Of a DNA stretch of 64,000 nt, positions 1 to 9,409 are shown in pieces; positions within the stretch are counted from its first letter, which is position 1; every line of letters starts with the position of its first letter. The notes under the pieces are model-generated. The model was not told the DNA's origin. It searched no databases and was given only the letters and a program-made list of their open reading frames with translations. Origin of the DNA: Candidatus Hydrogenedentota bacterium (GTDB taxonomy: Bacteria; Hydrogenedentota; Hydrogenedentia; Hydrogenedentales; GCA-2746185); NCBI GenBank assembly GCA_046583315.1, contig JAYGCN010000052.1, positions 15,236 through 79,235 on the forward strand, read 5' to 3'. Made by a program: the position numbers and the translations under genes.

Positions 1-3000
1 CCACCTTGACCGTGCGCACAGAGTACGATGGTGCGGCGCCGGAAGATGTCGAAAAACTGGTGACGCGTCCGCTTGAAGAACGCCTGAGCGTGGTGTCAGG
101 CGTTGAAGAAATCAGCAGCGTATCCTCGGCAGGACTCTCCGAAGTGATCATGGAGTTCGCCTGGGGCAGCGATATGAATGTGGCGATGCAGGGCGTGCGC
201 GACAGCCTTGATCAAATCAATTTACCTCAAGGGGTGACGCAGAATCCGGTCATCCTGCGTTTCGATCCCACCCTGGACCCCGTTTTGCGCATAGCGCTTA
301 TCGGTAGAGACCTGAGTGATATCGCTGATCCTGAAGAGCGGCTTCAACAAGAGCTCGATGACCTCACGGAGATTCGGGAGGCGGCTGAACGTCAACTCAA
401 GAGTGATCTGGAAGCCGAGCCGGGTATCGCGCAGGTGGTGGTGAAGGGCGGTCGCGAAGATGAAATACAGATCAACCTGGATTCCGCGCGGTTGAAGAGT
501 CTTGGACTTACCCCCGAGATGATTGTCATCGGGTTGCAGCAGCAAAACGTCAATCTTTCCGGCGGGCTGCTCAAAGAAGGCAAGGCCGAATATCTGGTTC
601 GCACGCTCAACGAATTTGCCTCGGTCGAAGAAATTCGAAACGTCATCATCTCGACACCGGCGGGTGACACCTTTCGGCTCTCGGATATCGCGCGTGTCGA
701 GATGGGCATCAAAGAGCGCAAGACCATTGTTACGGTGAATGGTCAGGAAGCGGTCGAGCTCGAGTTTTTCAAAGAGGGTAGTGCAAACGTCGTCCAAGTG
801 GCCAATAGGCTCAAACGTTTCTTTAAACTTGAAGAGGAAATGTCCGTCCAGGAAAAATTTCTGACCTATATGGCTCCGAAAGACAAGAGTGGTCGTGCGC
901 AGATGGCCCTGGATGAACTCATCAAACAGAAAGAACGTCGGGATCAGCTCAAGAATCGGCTGCCCGATTACACCCGCCGAATTCTGATCACGGATCAATC
1001 CCGATTTATTGAATCCTCGATCAATGAAGTGAAACAGACGGCCCTTATCGGGGGCGCGCTGGCCTTGTGCATCCTGTTCGTGTTCCTGCGCGAAATCAGA
1101 AGCACGGTGATTATCGGAGTTGCGATTCCCATTTCAGTGGTGGCGACCTTTGTCCCCATGTTCATCCAGAATATCTCTCTGAACATCATGTCGCTCGGCG
1201 GATTGGCGCTCGGCGTCGGTATGCTGGTGGACAATTCCATCGTTGTGCTCGAAAGCATCTTCCGGTGTCGCGAAGAGGGCGATTCGGTGAAGGATGCGGC
1301 GGAACGCGGCACGAAAGAAGTCGCCACCGCGGTTACGGCTTCGACCCTGACGACCATCGCGGTATTTTTCCCGATCGTGTTCGTGGAAGGCATCGCGGGA
1401 CAGCTGTTCCGCGATCTTGCGCTGACCGTTACCTTCTCGCTGATGGCATCGTTGATGGTGGCACTGTATTTGATCCCGATGATTGCGTCCCGTGAAGGCA
1501 TGCATTTCAAAGAGGGCAACAGTGCCGTGTGGATTTTGCGCGGGCTTCGTGAGGCTAAAGACGCTGGCAAAACGGGCATTCGTCGATGGACGGCATTGCC
1601 TCGATTGGGGCTGGGATACGCCCTTGTTGGATTGGGGCACATTTGGGGCGACACGGCGGGACTGGCACTCAAGACACGCGCGGAAAAATCGGGCATGATC
1701 AAATCGGGATTTGCACTCGTCATTCTGGTGACGCTCGTGCTCTTTATTCTGCGATTGGCCCTTGCTCTTGTGGCGACGATCATCAGTACTGTATTGGTGC
1801 TAATTCTTCTTGGGGTCATGAGCATTTACTTTGTGGTCTCGCGCGTGTTGCGGGTTGTGCTGTTTCTTCCTCTTCAACTTTTCGAACACGCGTTCCAGGC
1901 GGTTCGAAGTGCCTATGCGCTCGCGTTGCGCCAGGCCTTGCACGTGAGTCCTATTATTCTTGCAGGAGTCGCCGTTCTGGTGTATTTTACCGTTCAGGAG
2001 TCGGCAAAACTTGGTCAAGAGTTGATTCCTCCGATGAAACAGGGCGAGTTTGGCGTGCGCATCGAAGCGAAGCCGGGCACGCGTCTTGAAGATACCGAAG
2101 GCAAGGCCCGCAATATTGAAGAAATCATCAGCGCGTTTCCCGAGGTGGAATCCGTGACCGTGCAGGTGGGTGGCGAGGCGGGCGTGGGTACGACGGACGA
2201 AGGCGAGAACGTGGCCACACTCACGGTCAAACTTGCCGATCCCGAACGAACGGTCGCGTATCAAGACGAAATCATCGAAGCGATGCGCCAAGAAGTAATG
2301 TCCCGTACCTCCGAGCAGGTTACCTTCACGCTACCGACCTTATTCAGCTTCAAGACTGCCCTGGAACTTCAGATTTATGGTGAAGATTTGGATCGATTGC
2401 GTGAGGTGAGCGAGACGGTGTTGGCAATGATTCATGATGTAGAAGGACTTAAAGACACCGAGCTCAGCCTGAAGCAGGGATACCCTGAAATACACGTGAT
2501 TCTTGACCGCGAACTGTTGAGTACCAAAAACATTCAGCCCTTCCAGGTCGCGCAACTGTTGCGTACCGAGGTACAGGGTGATATTGCGACGCAGTTCAAT
2601 CGCGGGGGAGAGAAGGTGGACATACGGGTGCGCTCGGATCAGGAACGATTTTCCAGCCTGGCCGATTTGCGTGCCCTTTCCGTAGTTGATGGCAACCCGC
2701 CCGTGCCGTTGGCTTCGGTCTCGCAGATAATTGAGACCGACGGTCCCAGCGAGATACGCCGTATCGACCAGCGTCAGGTCGTGGTTATCAGCGCCAATGT
2801 TGAAGGGCGTGACCTCGGAAGTGTGGCGAAGGAAATCAATGAGCGACTTTCCGAGATGAACTGGTCCGAGGGATACAGTTATGTTCTGGGTGGACAAAAT
2901 CGCGAACTGGAAAAATCCTATGGTGGACTGATGTTTGCCATTGCGATGGCCATCTTTTTGGTGTACGTGGTCATGGCCTGCCAGTTTGAATCCGTGCTTC

Positions 3001-3416
3001 ACCCCATGTTTATCATGTTTTCCGTGCCATTGGCGGCCATCGGTGTGGTGTACACGTTGAAGTGGACCAACGGTAGCGTAAGCATCATCGTATTCATCGG
3101 AGGAATCGTGCTGGCGGGAATTGTCGTGAACAGCGCGATCGTGCTTGTCGACTACATCAACCAACTTCGCGCGCGCGGATTGTCCAAAGTGGACGCCATT
3201 GTCGAAGCAGGCACGGTGCGATTTCGGCCCATTATGATGACCACGGCGACGACCGTGCTCGGGCTTATTCCGATGGTGTTGTCGTCCGGTGAAGGTTCTG
3301 AAATCCGCAGTCCCATGGCCGTGACCATCATGTCCGGGCTCATCTTCTCGACGGTTCTGACACTGTTTATTATTCCGGTCATCTACTACATGTTTACCCC
3401 GAGGGACGCGACATGA
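1..3416 (+). CDS. RND-family (AcrB/MdtB-like) inner-membrane efflux permease, 5'-truncated by the window edge
   Basis: The frame is open from the window edge to TGA at 3414-3416. The translation starts in the first periplasmic loop (TVRTEYDGAAPEDVEKLVTRPLEE), so TM1 is missing. RND hallmarks are present: MSLGGLALGVGMLVDNSIVVLE and the C-terminal repeat GIVLAGIVVNSAIVLVDYINQLR. Confidence 0.9.
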   Translation, partial: TLTVRTEYDGAAPEDVEKLVTRPLEERLSVVSGVEEISSVSSAGLSEVIMEFAWGSDMNVAMQGVRDSLDQINLPQGVTQNPVILRFDPTLDPVLRIALIGRDLSDIADPEERLQQELDDLTEIREAAERQLKSDLEAEPGIAQVVVKGGREDEIQINLDSARLKSLGLTPEMIVIGLQQQNVNLSGGLLKEGKAEYLVRTLNEFASVEEIRNVIISTPAGDTFRLSDIARVEMGIKERKTIVTVNGQEAVELEFFKEGSANVVQVANRLKRFFKLEEEMSVQEKFLTYMAPKDKSGRAQMALDELIKQKERRDQLKNRLPDYTRRILITDQSRFIESSINEVKQTALIGGALALCILFVFLREIRSTVIIGVAIPISVVATFVPMFIQNISLNIMSLGGLALGVGMLVDNSIVVLESIFRCREEGDSVKDAAERGTKEVATAVTASTLTTIAVFFPIVFVEGIAGQLFRDLALTVTFSLMASLMVALYLIPMIASREGMHFKEGNSAVWILRGLREAKDAGKTGIRRWTALPRLGLGYALVGLGHIWGDTAGLALKTRAEKSGMIKSGFALVILVTLVLFILRLALALVATIISTVLVLILLGVMSIYFVVSRVLRVVLFLPLQLFEHAFQAVRSAYALALRQALHVSPIILAGVAVLVYFTVQESAKLGQELIPPMKQGEFGVRIEAKPGTRLEDTEGKARNIEEIISAFPEVESVTVQVGGEAGVGTTDEGENVATLTVKLADPERTVAYQDEIIEAMRQEVMSRTSEQVTFTLPTLFSFKTALELQIYGEDLDRLREVSETVLAMIHDVEGLKDTELSLKQGYPEIHVILDRELLSTKNIQPFQVAQLLRTEVQGDIATQFNRGGEKVDIRVRSDQERFSSLADLRALSVVDGNPPVPLASVSQIIETDGPSEIRRIDQRQVVVISANVEGRDLGSVAKEINERLSEMNWSEGYSYVLGGQNRELEKSYGGLMFAIAMAIFLVYVVMACQFESVLHPMFIMFSVPLAAIGVVYTLKWTNGSVSIIVFIGGIVLAGIVVNSAIVLVDYINQLRARGLSKVDAIVEAGTVRFRPIMMTTATTVLGLIPMVLSSGEGSEIRSPMAVTIMSGLIFSTVLTLFIIPVIYYMFTPRDAT

Positions 3417-6400
3417 AACGTTCACTTCCCGAACTCGCACTGAAACGCCCGGTAACGGTGATGATGTTGTTAATCACGGTTATGAGCTTTGGGCTCATCG
3501 CGGCAATGCGTACGCCGGTTGAGTTTATGCCACCGATGGATTTGCCTTTCCTGGGAGCGTACATCCCGTATCCAGGCGCCACGCCGGCACAGACCGAACA
3601 GGAAATTGCGATTCCGGCTGAGGGCGAATTCCGCACCCTTCCGAATCTGCGCCAGATGTACAGCAATTCGAGTTCGGATGGATGTTTCGTGAGCCTGGAA
3701 TTCGAGATGGGTACTGAAATGAACACGGCACTCGCCGAAGTGCGTGATCGCATGGAACGGTTGCGCCTCGTGTTACCCGACGAAGTCGATAATATCTACA
3801 TACGTCATTTCAAACTTGAATCGTTGCCGGTAATGCAGTTTGTCTTGAGTAGCGACCAGGACTACGACGATTTTGCGGTCAAAGTGGACTCCGATATTCT
3901 TCCGAAACTGCAACGAATCGACGGGGTCGCCGAGATTCAGGTGTATGGGTGGCGGCAACAGGATGTGACGGTCGATATCGATCAGCAGGCGCTGTTGTCG
4001 CGAAATATCTCGCTATACGACGTGATCGCAACGCTTAGCACCGGGAATGTAGATGTAGGCCTCGGGCAGATGAGCGATGGCGACACGAAATACATGTTGC
4101 GGGCCGAAAGCAAGTTGAAAACGCTCGCCGACTATACAGTTCTCCCTGTGGGTAACGGTGTGCACCTCGGCGAAATCGCGAAAGGCAACTTCAAGGCCGA
4201 AGAACGCGAGAATCATTTCTCTATCGACGGCGAACGCCAAATTTTTATGATTGTTACGAAGGAAGCCGAGGCCAATACGGCGGCGACGTGCAAGGCGGTC
4301 ATGGATGCGCTTGATGAAATCATGGCCCAGCCTGCGAACGCCGGCATGCAACGCTTTGTCTTTTTCAATCAAGGCGACATCATCACGGGCGCCTTAAACG
4401 GATTGAAAAAGGCCTCCATTTACGGCGGCATCATGGCGTTGATGGTGTTGTTCCTGTTTCTGCGCCGACTGCGTCCCACCATCATCGTGGCGTTGGCCAT
4501 TCCTGGTTCGCTCGTTGCGGCATTCGTATTCCTGCTGGCGGCAGACATGACCTTGAACATCATCACGATGATGTCGCTTATTATTGCCGTGGGTATGGTC
4601 GTCGATAACGCGATCGTCGTCATCGAGAATATCCACCGCTATCAGGCGATGGGCCACGATCAGGTTTCGGCTGCCAAAGAAGGCGCGTCCGAAGTGTCCC
4701 TCGCCATTGTCGCCGCCACCTGCACCACTGCTGTGGTATTCATCCCTGTTTTTTATATCGACGGCGGGCAGATGTCCACCTTTATGCGTCATTTTGCAAT
4801 TCCGGTCACCGTCGCGCTCGGAGCCAGTTTACTGCTGGCCCTCACGGTGATCCCGCTTGCGGTGAGTCGATTGAAAAACGACGGGAATTCTCCCATGGAT
4901 CGATTACGTCGTTTCAGCAAGGACAGGAAAGAAGGCGCTGCGCCCTCGAAACTCCGCTTCATCAATCCGGTGTTCCTATTCAGAACGGGATACGAGTTCT
5001 TGCTCTACAACGGCATGAAACATCGCCTCGTCTCGGTCATCGTGTTGGGACTGTTCGTTTTCCTGACGGTGCAGGTGCCGATGAAAAAGATGCAGTTCCA
5101 GCAATTGCCGACCACGGATGGGCGCTCGATATCGATCAGTCTCGATTTCGATGTGAACTACGACATGGCGAAGGCCGATGAAGTGTTTGAGTCCGTCGAG
5201 GCGGCGATCAAACCCTATCACGATGCAATTGGTGTCAAAAACGTGTTTAAGGATTACTCAGCGCGCGGCGGGGATCTCCGGTACTTCCTGTTGAAAGATG
5301 ACGATATGAGTTCCACCTTCGAGGCCTTTCCCTACTCGACCGAGGAAGTGTTGAATATCATTTGGTACCTCTTGCCCGAGAACGCGCCCGGCGTGGAGAT
5401 TTCCGTATCCACCGACGGCAGTGAACGCGGGGGCGGGGGATCCAAGCAGAGTCGCATCTCGGTGCGCATGGAAGGCGACGATACGCTGGTGTTGGATGGC
5501 TATGCGAAACGCTACCAGGAAATGCTCGAAGATCTGCCGGGTATCACGAGTACGCGTATCAGCAGTCAGCGCGCCGAGCAGGAAATTCAGTTGGATATTG
5601 ACGAGGAGCTGGCGGGTTACATGGGAATCGAACCCATGATGATCGCGCAGACGGTCGCGTTTGCCTTGCGCGGCACCCAGCTCTCCAAAATGCAGCAAGG
5701 CGCACGCGAGATTACCGTGTGGGCGCAGTTCGAAGCAGAAGATCGACGGAATCAGAATAATCTCGACAACATTATGATGGCCGGCAGAAACGGGTCGCTG
5801 GTGACGCTGAATCAGCTCGTGAAGAAACGAAAAGCGACTACACCGCGCACCATTCAACGCCGCAACGGGAAAAACTTCGTGTGGATTACCGGGAACGTCG
5901 CCGGAAAAGACATGGGGGAGATTCGCGGCACGCTGGCCGATATCAATGCCGGTTTCGCGATGCCAACAGGATACAGCGTGGCGATGGGCGATGAATTGCA
6001 GGGCATCCAGGAAGATCAGAGCAACTTTATCTCGCTGCTCATCATGGCCGTGCTCTTGATATTCATCGTGATGAGTGCGCTCTTTGAATCCTGCCTGCTT
6101 CCACTGTCCATCCTGACCACCGTGCCGCTAGCCTTCCTCGGTGTCGCCTGGATCATGTACATCACCGGCACGCCCATGGACACCATCGCCTTCATCGGCT
6201 GCATCATCATGGTCGGCGTCGTAGTGAACAACGGCATCGTCATCGTGGACCACATCAATCAGCTCCGCAAACAGGGTTTAAGCCGCCACGAAGCCATCAT
6301 TCAAGGCGGCAAAAACCGATTGCGACCCGTGCTGATGACCGCACTCACCACCATCCTCGGCGCGATACCCCTAGCCATCGGCGGACGCATCGGAGAACCC

Positions 6401-6550
6401 GCCACCGTCAGCCTCGGCATGTCCATGATAGGCGGCCTCACCGCAGGCACCTTCCTCACCCTCTTCGTCGTGCCCCTCTTCTACTCCTTCATCGACGATC
6501 TACAAGAATGGCTCAAACGCTTCTACGTCGAGCTCGGGCTGGTGCGCTGA
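3413..6550 (+). CDS. RND-family (AcrB/MdtC-like) inner-membrane efflux permease
   Basis: 1045-aa ORF. The N-terminus MKRSLPELALKRPVTVMMLLI is typical of RND pumps. Motifs MSLIIAVGMVVDNAIVVIENI and IIMVGVVVNNGIVIVDHINQLR are present. Its ATG overlaps the upstream stop (ATGA at 3413-3416). Confidence 0.92.
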   Translation: MKRSLPELALKRPVTVMMLLITVMSFGLIAAMRTPVEFMPPMDLPFLGAYIPYPGATPAQTEQEIAIPAEGEFRTLPNLRQMYSNSSSDGCFVSLEFEMGTEMNTALAEVRDRMERLRLVLPDEVDNIYIRHFKLESLPVMQFVLSSDQDYDDFAVKVDSDILPKLQRIDGVAEIQVYGWRQQDVTVDIDQQALLSRNISLYDVIATLSTGNVDVGLGQMSDGDTKYMLRAESKLKTLADYTVLPVGNGVHLGEIAKGNFKAEERENHFSIDGERQIFMIVTKEAEANTAATCKAVMDALDEIMAQPANAGMQRFVFFNQGDIITGALNGLKKASIYGGIMALMVLFLFLRRLRPTIIVALAIPGSLVAAFVFLLAADMTLNIITMMSLIIAVGMVVDNAIVVIENIHRYQAMGHDQVSAAKEGASEVSLAIVAATCTTAVVFIPVFYIDGGQMSTFMRHFAIPVTVALGASLLLALTVIPLAVSRLKNDGNSPMDRLRRFSKDRKEGAAPSKLRFINPVFLFRTGYEFLLYNGMKHRLVSVIVLGLFVFLTVQVPMKKMQFQQLPTTDGRSISISLDFDVNYDMAKADEVFESVEAAIKPYHDAIGVKNVFKDYSARGGDLRYFLLKDDDMSSTFEAFPYSTEEVLNIIWYLLPENAPGVEISVSTDGSERGGGGSKQSRISVRMEGDDTLVLDGYAKRYQEMLEDLPGITSTRISSQRAEQEIQLDIDEELAGYMGIEPMMIAQTVAFALRGTQLSKMQQGAREITVWAQFEAEDRRNQNNLDNIMMAGRNGSLVTLNQLVKKRKATTPRTIQRRNGKNFVWITGNVAGKDMGEIRGTLADINAGFAMPTGYSVAMGDELQGIQEDQSNFISLLIMAVLLIFIVMSALFESCLLPLSILTTVPLAFLGVAWIMYITGTPMDTIAFIGCIIMVGVVVNNGIVIVDHINQLRKQGLSRHEAIIQGGKNRLRPVLMTALTTILGAIPLAIGGRIGEPATVSLGMSMIGGLTAGTFLTLFVVPLFYSFIDDLQEWLKRFYVELGLVR

Positions 6551-6560
6551 AAGTGATCAT

Positions 6561-6584
6561 AGGCCGGGATGAACACCCGAATTC
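6561..6584 (-). repeat. Intergenic short-core repeat element (reverse orientation)
   Basis: Lies just after the RND stop. The reverse complement GAATTCGGGTGTTCATCCCGGCCT shares the 9-mer GTGTTCATC (6568-6576) with the element at 37994-38025 (38008-38016). Confidence 0.35.
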
Positions 6585-6686
6585 TCTTGAATGACGCTCA
6601 ATTGCGGCGCGATACGGGTTTATGGTAGGATATGGCCCCTGAATTTCCCTGTAAACCAGTGTATTTAGACGAATGAGGTGTGTGCA

Positions 6687-7475
6687 GTGCGAGTCCCGAT
6701 AATAGCCGGAAATTGGAAGATGAATAACCTGACCAGCGATGCTGTCGCGTTGGCTGAAGCCCTGAAAGCGGGTCTTGGCGATGTGGAAGGCGTTGAAGTG
6801 GTCGTATCTCCCGTGGCGACGGTACTTTCGGCGGTCAGCAAGGCTGTGGTCGGATCGCGCATTGACGTGTCCGGACAGAATTGCTACCATCAGGAAAGCG
6901 GCGCGTATACCGGAGAACTCTCGCCGCAGATGCTGCAGGATGCCGGGTGTACCTGGACCATTATCGGGCACAGCGAGCGCCGTCAGATTTTTGGCGAGTC
7001 GGATTCGTTGCTGAATGAGAAGACGAAATTCGCGCTGGCTTCGGGCCTCAAGGTGATGTTCTGCATCGGCGAAACGCTTGAGGAACGCGAAGGCGGCAAG
7101 CTGGAAGCCGTATTGACCCATCACATTGTAGACGGGCTTGCAGGATTGACCGAGAGTGATTTTGAAAACGTCGTCGTCGCTTATGAACCCATCTGGGCCA
7201 TTGGTACGGGAGTGGTTGCGACACCTGAGCAGGCGGAAGAGGCCCACGCTTTCGTGCGCAACGTCGTAAAAGAAAATTTTGGTACACCCGTAGCCGATGC
7301 GCTGCGCATACAATACGGTGGCAGTGTAAAGCCGGATAACGCCGAAGAATTGCTGGGCCAGCCCAATGTGGATGGCGCGCTGGTCGGCGGTGCTGCGTTG
7401 GAAGCGGCCAGTTTTGAAGCCATTGTTCGTGCGGCGATAGCGGTAAATTTAGTTTCCCAAGGAGATAGGACTTAA
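6687..7475 (+). CDS. tpiA: Triosephosphate isomerase
   Basis: Motifs IIAGNWKMN, AYEPIWAIGTG and QYGGSVKP. The ORF opens at 6678; GTG at 6687 sits 8 nt after GAGG and gives the canonical (M)RVPIIAGNWKMN start. TAA at 7473-7475. Confidence 0.93.
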   Translation: MRVPIIAGNWKMNNLTSDAVALAEALKAGLGDVEGVEVVVSPVATVLSAVSKAVVGSRIDVSGQNCYHQESGAYTGELSPQMLQDAGCTWTIIGHSERRQIFGESDSLLNEKTKFALASGLKVMFCIGETLEEREGGKLEAVLTHHIVDGLAGLTESDFENVVVAYEPIWAIGTGVVATPEQAEEAHAFVRNVVKENFGTPVADALRIQYGGSVKPDNAEELLGQPNVDGALVGGAALEAASFEAIVRAAIAVNLVSQGDRT

Positions 7476-7476
7476 C

Positions 7477-8028
7477 ATGTTAGACGCAATTTTTAGCTGG
7501 AACACACTGTGGTGGATGCTGATGTTTATCTATGTGCCCGCGTGCATCGGATTGATCGGAATCGTACTGTTGCAACAAGGTAAAGGTACGGGATTCGGCG
7601 GCGCATTCGGTGCTGGTGCAGGCCCGGGCGCTGACACCGTCTTTGGACCCAAAGGCGCGCAGACCATGCCCGTGAAACTCACCTACGTGGGCGCAACGAT
7701 CTTCATGGTGGTGGCCATCGTCATGTCCCTGTTGGCTGGCCGACTCAACAAAGGCGACGCACCCGAACTCATCGATGGTGTGGCCGAGTTTACCGCGATT
7801 GACGGATCGAACGCCGACATCGACGGCATGGGCTGGGGATCCGGTGTCGTGAATCCGGACGCGCATAATGGCGCAGCCGCAGTACCAATAAGTGTCGTGA
7901 TAGATTCAACGGAACCAACGGACGCCGCTACGGATGAAGAAGAAGCAACCGACGAGGCACCTGTGAGCGACGAATCATCCACGGATGATGCGGCACCGAT
8001 CGAAGATGGCCCGGAAACGGACAATTAG
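7477..8028 (+). CDS. secG: Preprotein translocase subunit SecG with a long acidic C-terminal extension
   Basis: The first ~90 aa look like SecG (two TM segments flanking LLQQGKGTGFGGAFGAG). It directly follows tpiA, a conserved tpiA-secG arrangement. AAGGAGA RBS at 7459-7465. The C-terminal ~95 aa are D/E/T/A-rich. Confidence 0.8.
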   Translation: MLDAIFSWNTLWWMLMFIYVPACIGLIGIVLLQQGKGTGFGGAFGAGAGPGADTVFGPKGAQTMPVKLTYVGATIFMVVAIVMSLLAGRLNKGDAPELIDGVAEFTAIDGSNADIDGMGWGSGVVNPDAHNGAAAVPISVVIDSTEPTDAATDEEEATDEAPVSDESSTDDAAPIEDGPETDN

Positions 8029-8052
8029 TCCCTCTCCACATTGATTTTTCAG

Positions 8053-8088
8053 GTCCAAAGCCTTTAAGGTGCTTTGGACTTTTTTTTT
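8053..8088 (+). terminator. Rho-independent terminator after secG
   Basis: 9-bp stem GTCCAAAGC (8053-8061) / GCTTTGGAC (8071-8079) with a 9-nt loop, followed by a run of nine T (8080-8088). Confidence 0.85.
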
Positions 8089-8115
8089 GAACAGTTGGGG
8101 CGGGGATTTCAGAAT

Positions 8116-9369
8116 ATGGATAAGATTCAAGTACGCGGCGGGAATGCCCTGAAGGGGACAGTAAACATACGCGGTGCCAAGAATGCGGCATTACCGCTGA
8201 TGGCGGCGGTATTGCAGGCGGAAGGGCCGTGTACGCTGCACAACATGCCATGCCTTCACGATATCTTTTCGATGGACAAGGTCTTGACCGCCATGGGGGT
8301 CGGCATCGACTTCACCGGGCAGACCATGATTCTCGATCCCACGAGTGTGCATACTCGGACTGCGCATTATGACCTCGTACGCAAATTGCGCGCCTCGTTT
8401 TTCGTATTGGGACCGCTCTGGGGACGTTTCGGCGAGGCAAAGGTCTCGCTGCCGGGCGGTTGTGCCATTGGAACACGCCCCGTAGACATTCACCTCAAAG
8501 GATTGGAAGCCCTTGGCGCAAAAATACGCATAGAAGATGGGTATGTGTTGGCGGACGGTCAACCCACCGGCGCGAATGTGTCCCTGGACTTCCCAAGCGT
8601 GGGGGCAACGGAAAATTTAATTATGGCGGCCTGTCGCGCAAAAGGTGGTACGCGTCTGTCGAATGTGGCCCGTGAACCGGAAATTGTTGACCTCGCGAAC
8701 TTTCTGAATGGTATGGGCGCGAAAATTGTAGGGGCCGGCACGGATGTCATCGAAATTGAAGGTGTGGATTCGTTGCAGGGCACTACGCACGATGTCGTAG
8801 CGGATCGCATTGAAGCGGGAACGTTTCTGATCGCAGGTATCGCTACGGGCGGCGAGGTCACCGTCAATCAGACGCAACCGGAATTGTTGGCCAACTTCCT
8901 GGAAAAATTGGAAGAGATGGGCGCTAAGGTAGAACGCAACGAAAATTCGATTACCGCCTCGGCTTCAAACGGGATTCAAGCAGCGGATGTGAACACGCAG
9001 CCGTTTCCGGGATATCCGACTGACCTCCAGGCGCAAATCATGACGCTGATGTGCGTTGCGGAAGGCACGAGCGTAATAAAAGAGACGGTATTCGAAAATC
9101 GGTTCATGCAGGTCGCGGAACTCTGCCGCATGGGCGCGAATATCGAAGTGGACGGCAACAAGGCCATCGTGCGCGGCGTGAAGGAATTGTCCGGTGCGCA
9201 GGTCATGGCCTCCGATTTACGTGCCAGTGCCGCGCTGGTGATCGCCGGCCTGATGACCACGAAAGGAATGACCGATATTTCGCGGGTCTACCACATCGAC
9301 CGTGGATATGAACGCATTGAAGAGCGTCTGGCTAGCCTGGGCGCAGACATCGAACGAGTACGAGAGTAA
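8116..9369 (+). CDS. murA: UDP-N-acetylglucosamine 1-carboxyvinyltransferase
   Basis: MDKIQVRGGNALKGTVNIRGAKNAALPLMAA and the active-site region LPGGCAIGTRPVD. ATG 8116 is preferred over the ORF-track TTG 8074, which lies inside the secG terminator. Confidence 0.93.
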   Translation: MDKIQVRGGNALKGTVNIRGAKNAALPLMAAVLQAEGPCTLHNMPCLHDIFSMDKVLTAMGVGIDFTGQTMILDPTSVHTRTAHYDLVRKLRASFFVLGPLWGRFGEAKVSLPGGCAIGTRPVDIHLKGLEALGAKIRIEDGYVLADGQPTGANVSLDFPSVGATENLIMAACRAKGGTRLSNVAREPEIVDLANFLNGMGAKIVGAGTDVIEIEGVDSLQGTTHDVVADRIEAGTFLIAGIATGGEVTVNQTQPELLANFLEKLEEMGAKVERNENSITASASNGIQAADVNTQPFPGYPTDLQAQIMTLMCVAEGTSVIKETVFENRFMQVAELCRMGANIEVDGNKAIVRGVKELSGAQVMASDLRASAALVIAGLMTTKGMTDISRVYHIDRGYERIEERLASLGADIERVRE

Positions 9370-9409
9370 GGTCCTGCCGGACGGTATATTAGAAAAGAGC
9401 ATCAGGAAA

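Noticed and set aside
222-3440. Long antisense ORFs (222..998, 995..1825, 2340..3440 on the minus strand) overlapping the first RND gene
   Set aside because: Their translations are R/H/G-rich and low in complexity with no recognisable motifs. The plus strand encodes an unmistakable RND permease. Long antisense ORFs are expected in GC-rich coding DNA.
8074-8115. The ORF-track start (TTG 8074) for murA, and likewise 9302 for hisD, 16768 for dprA, 38287 for ribD and 53335 for the beta-helix protein
   Set aside because: These upstream extensions overlap a terminator, a neighbouring gene or a riboswitch platform, or precede an obvious signal peptide or canonical N-terminus. Internal ATGs fit family N-termini better.
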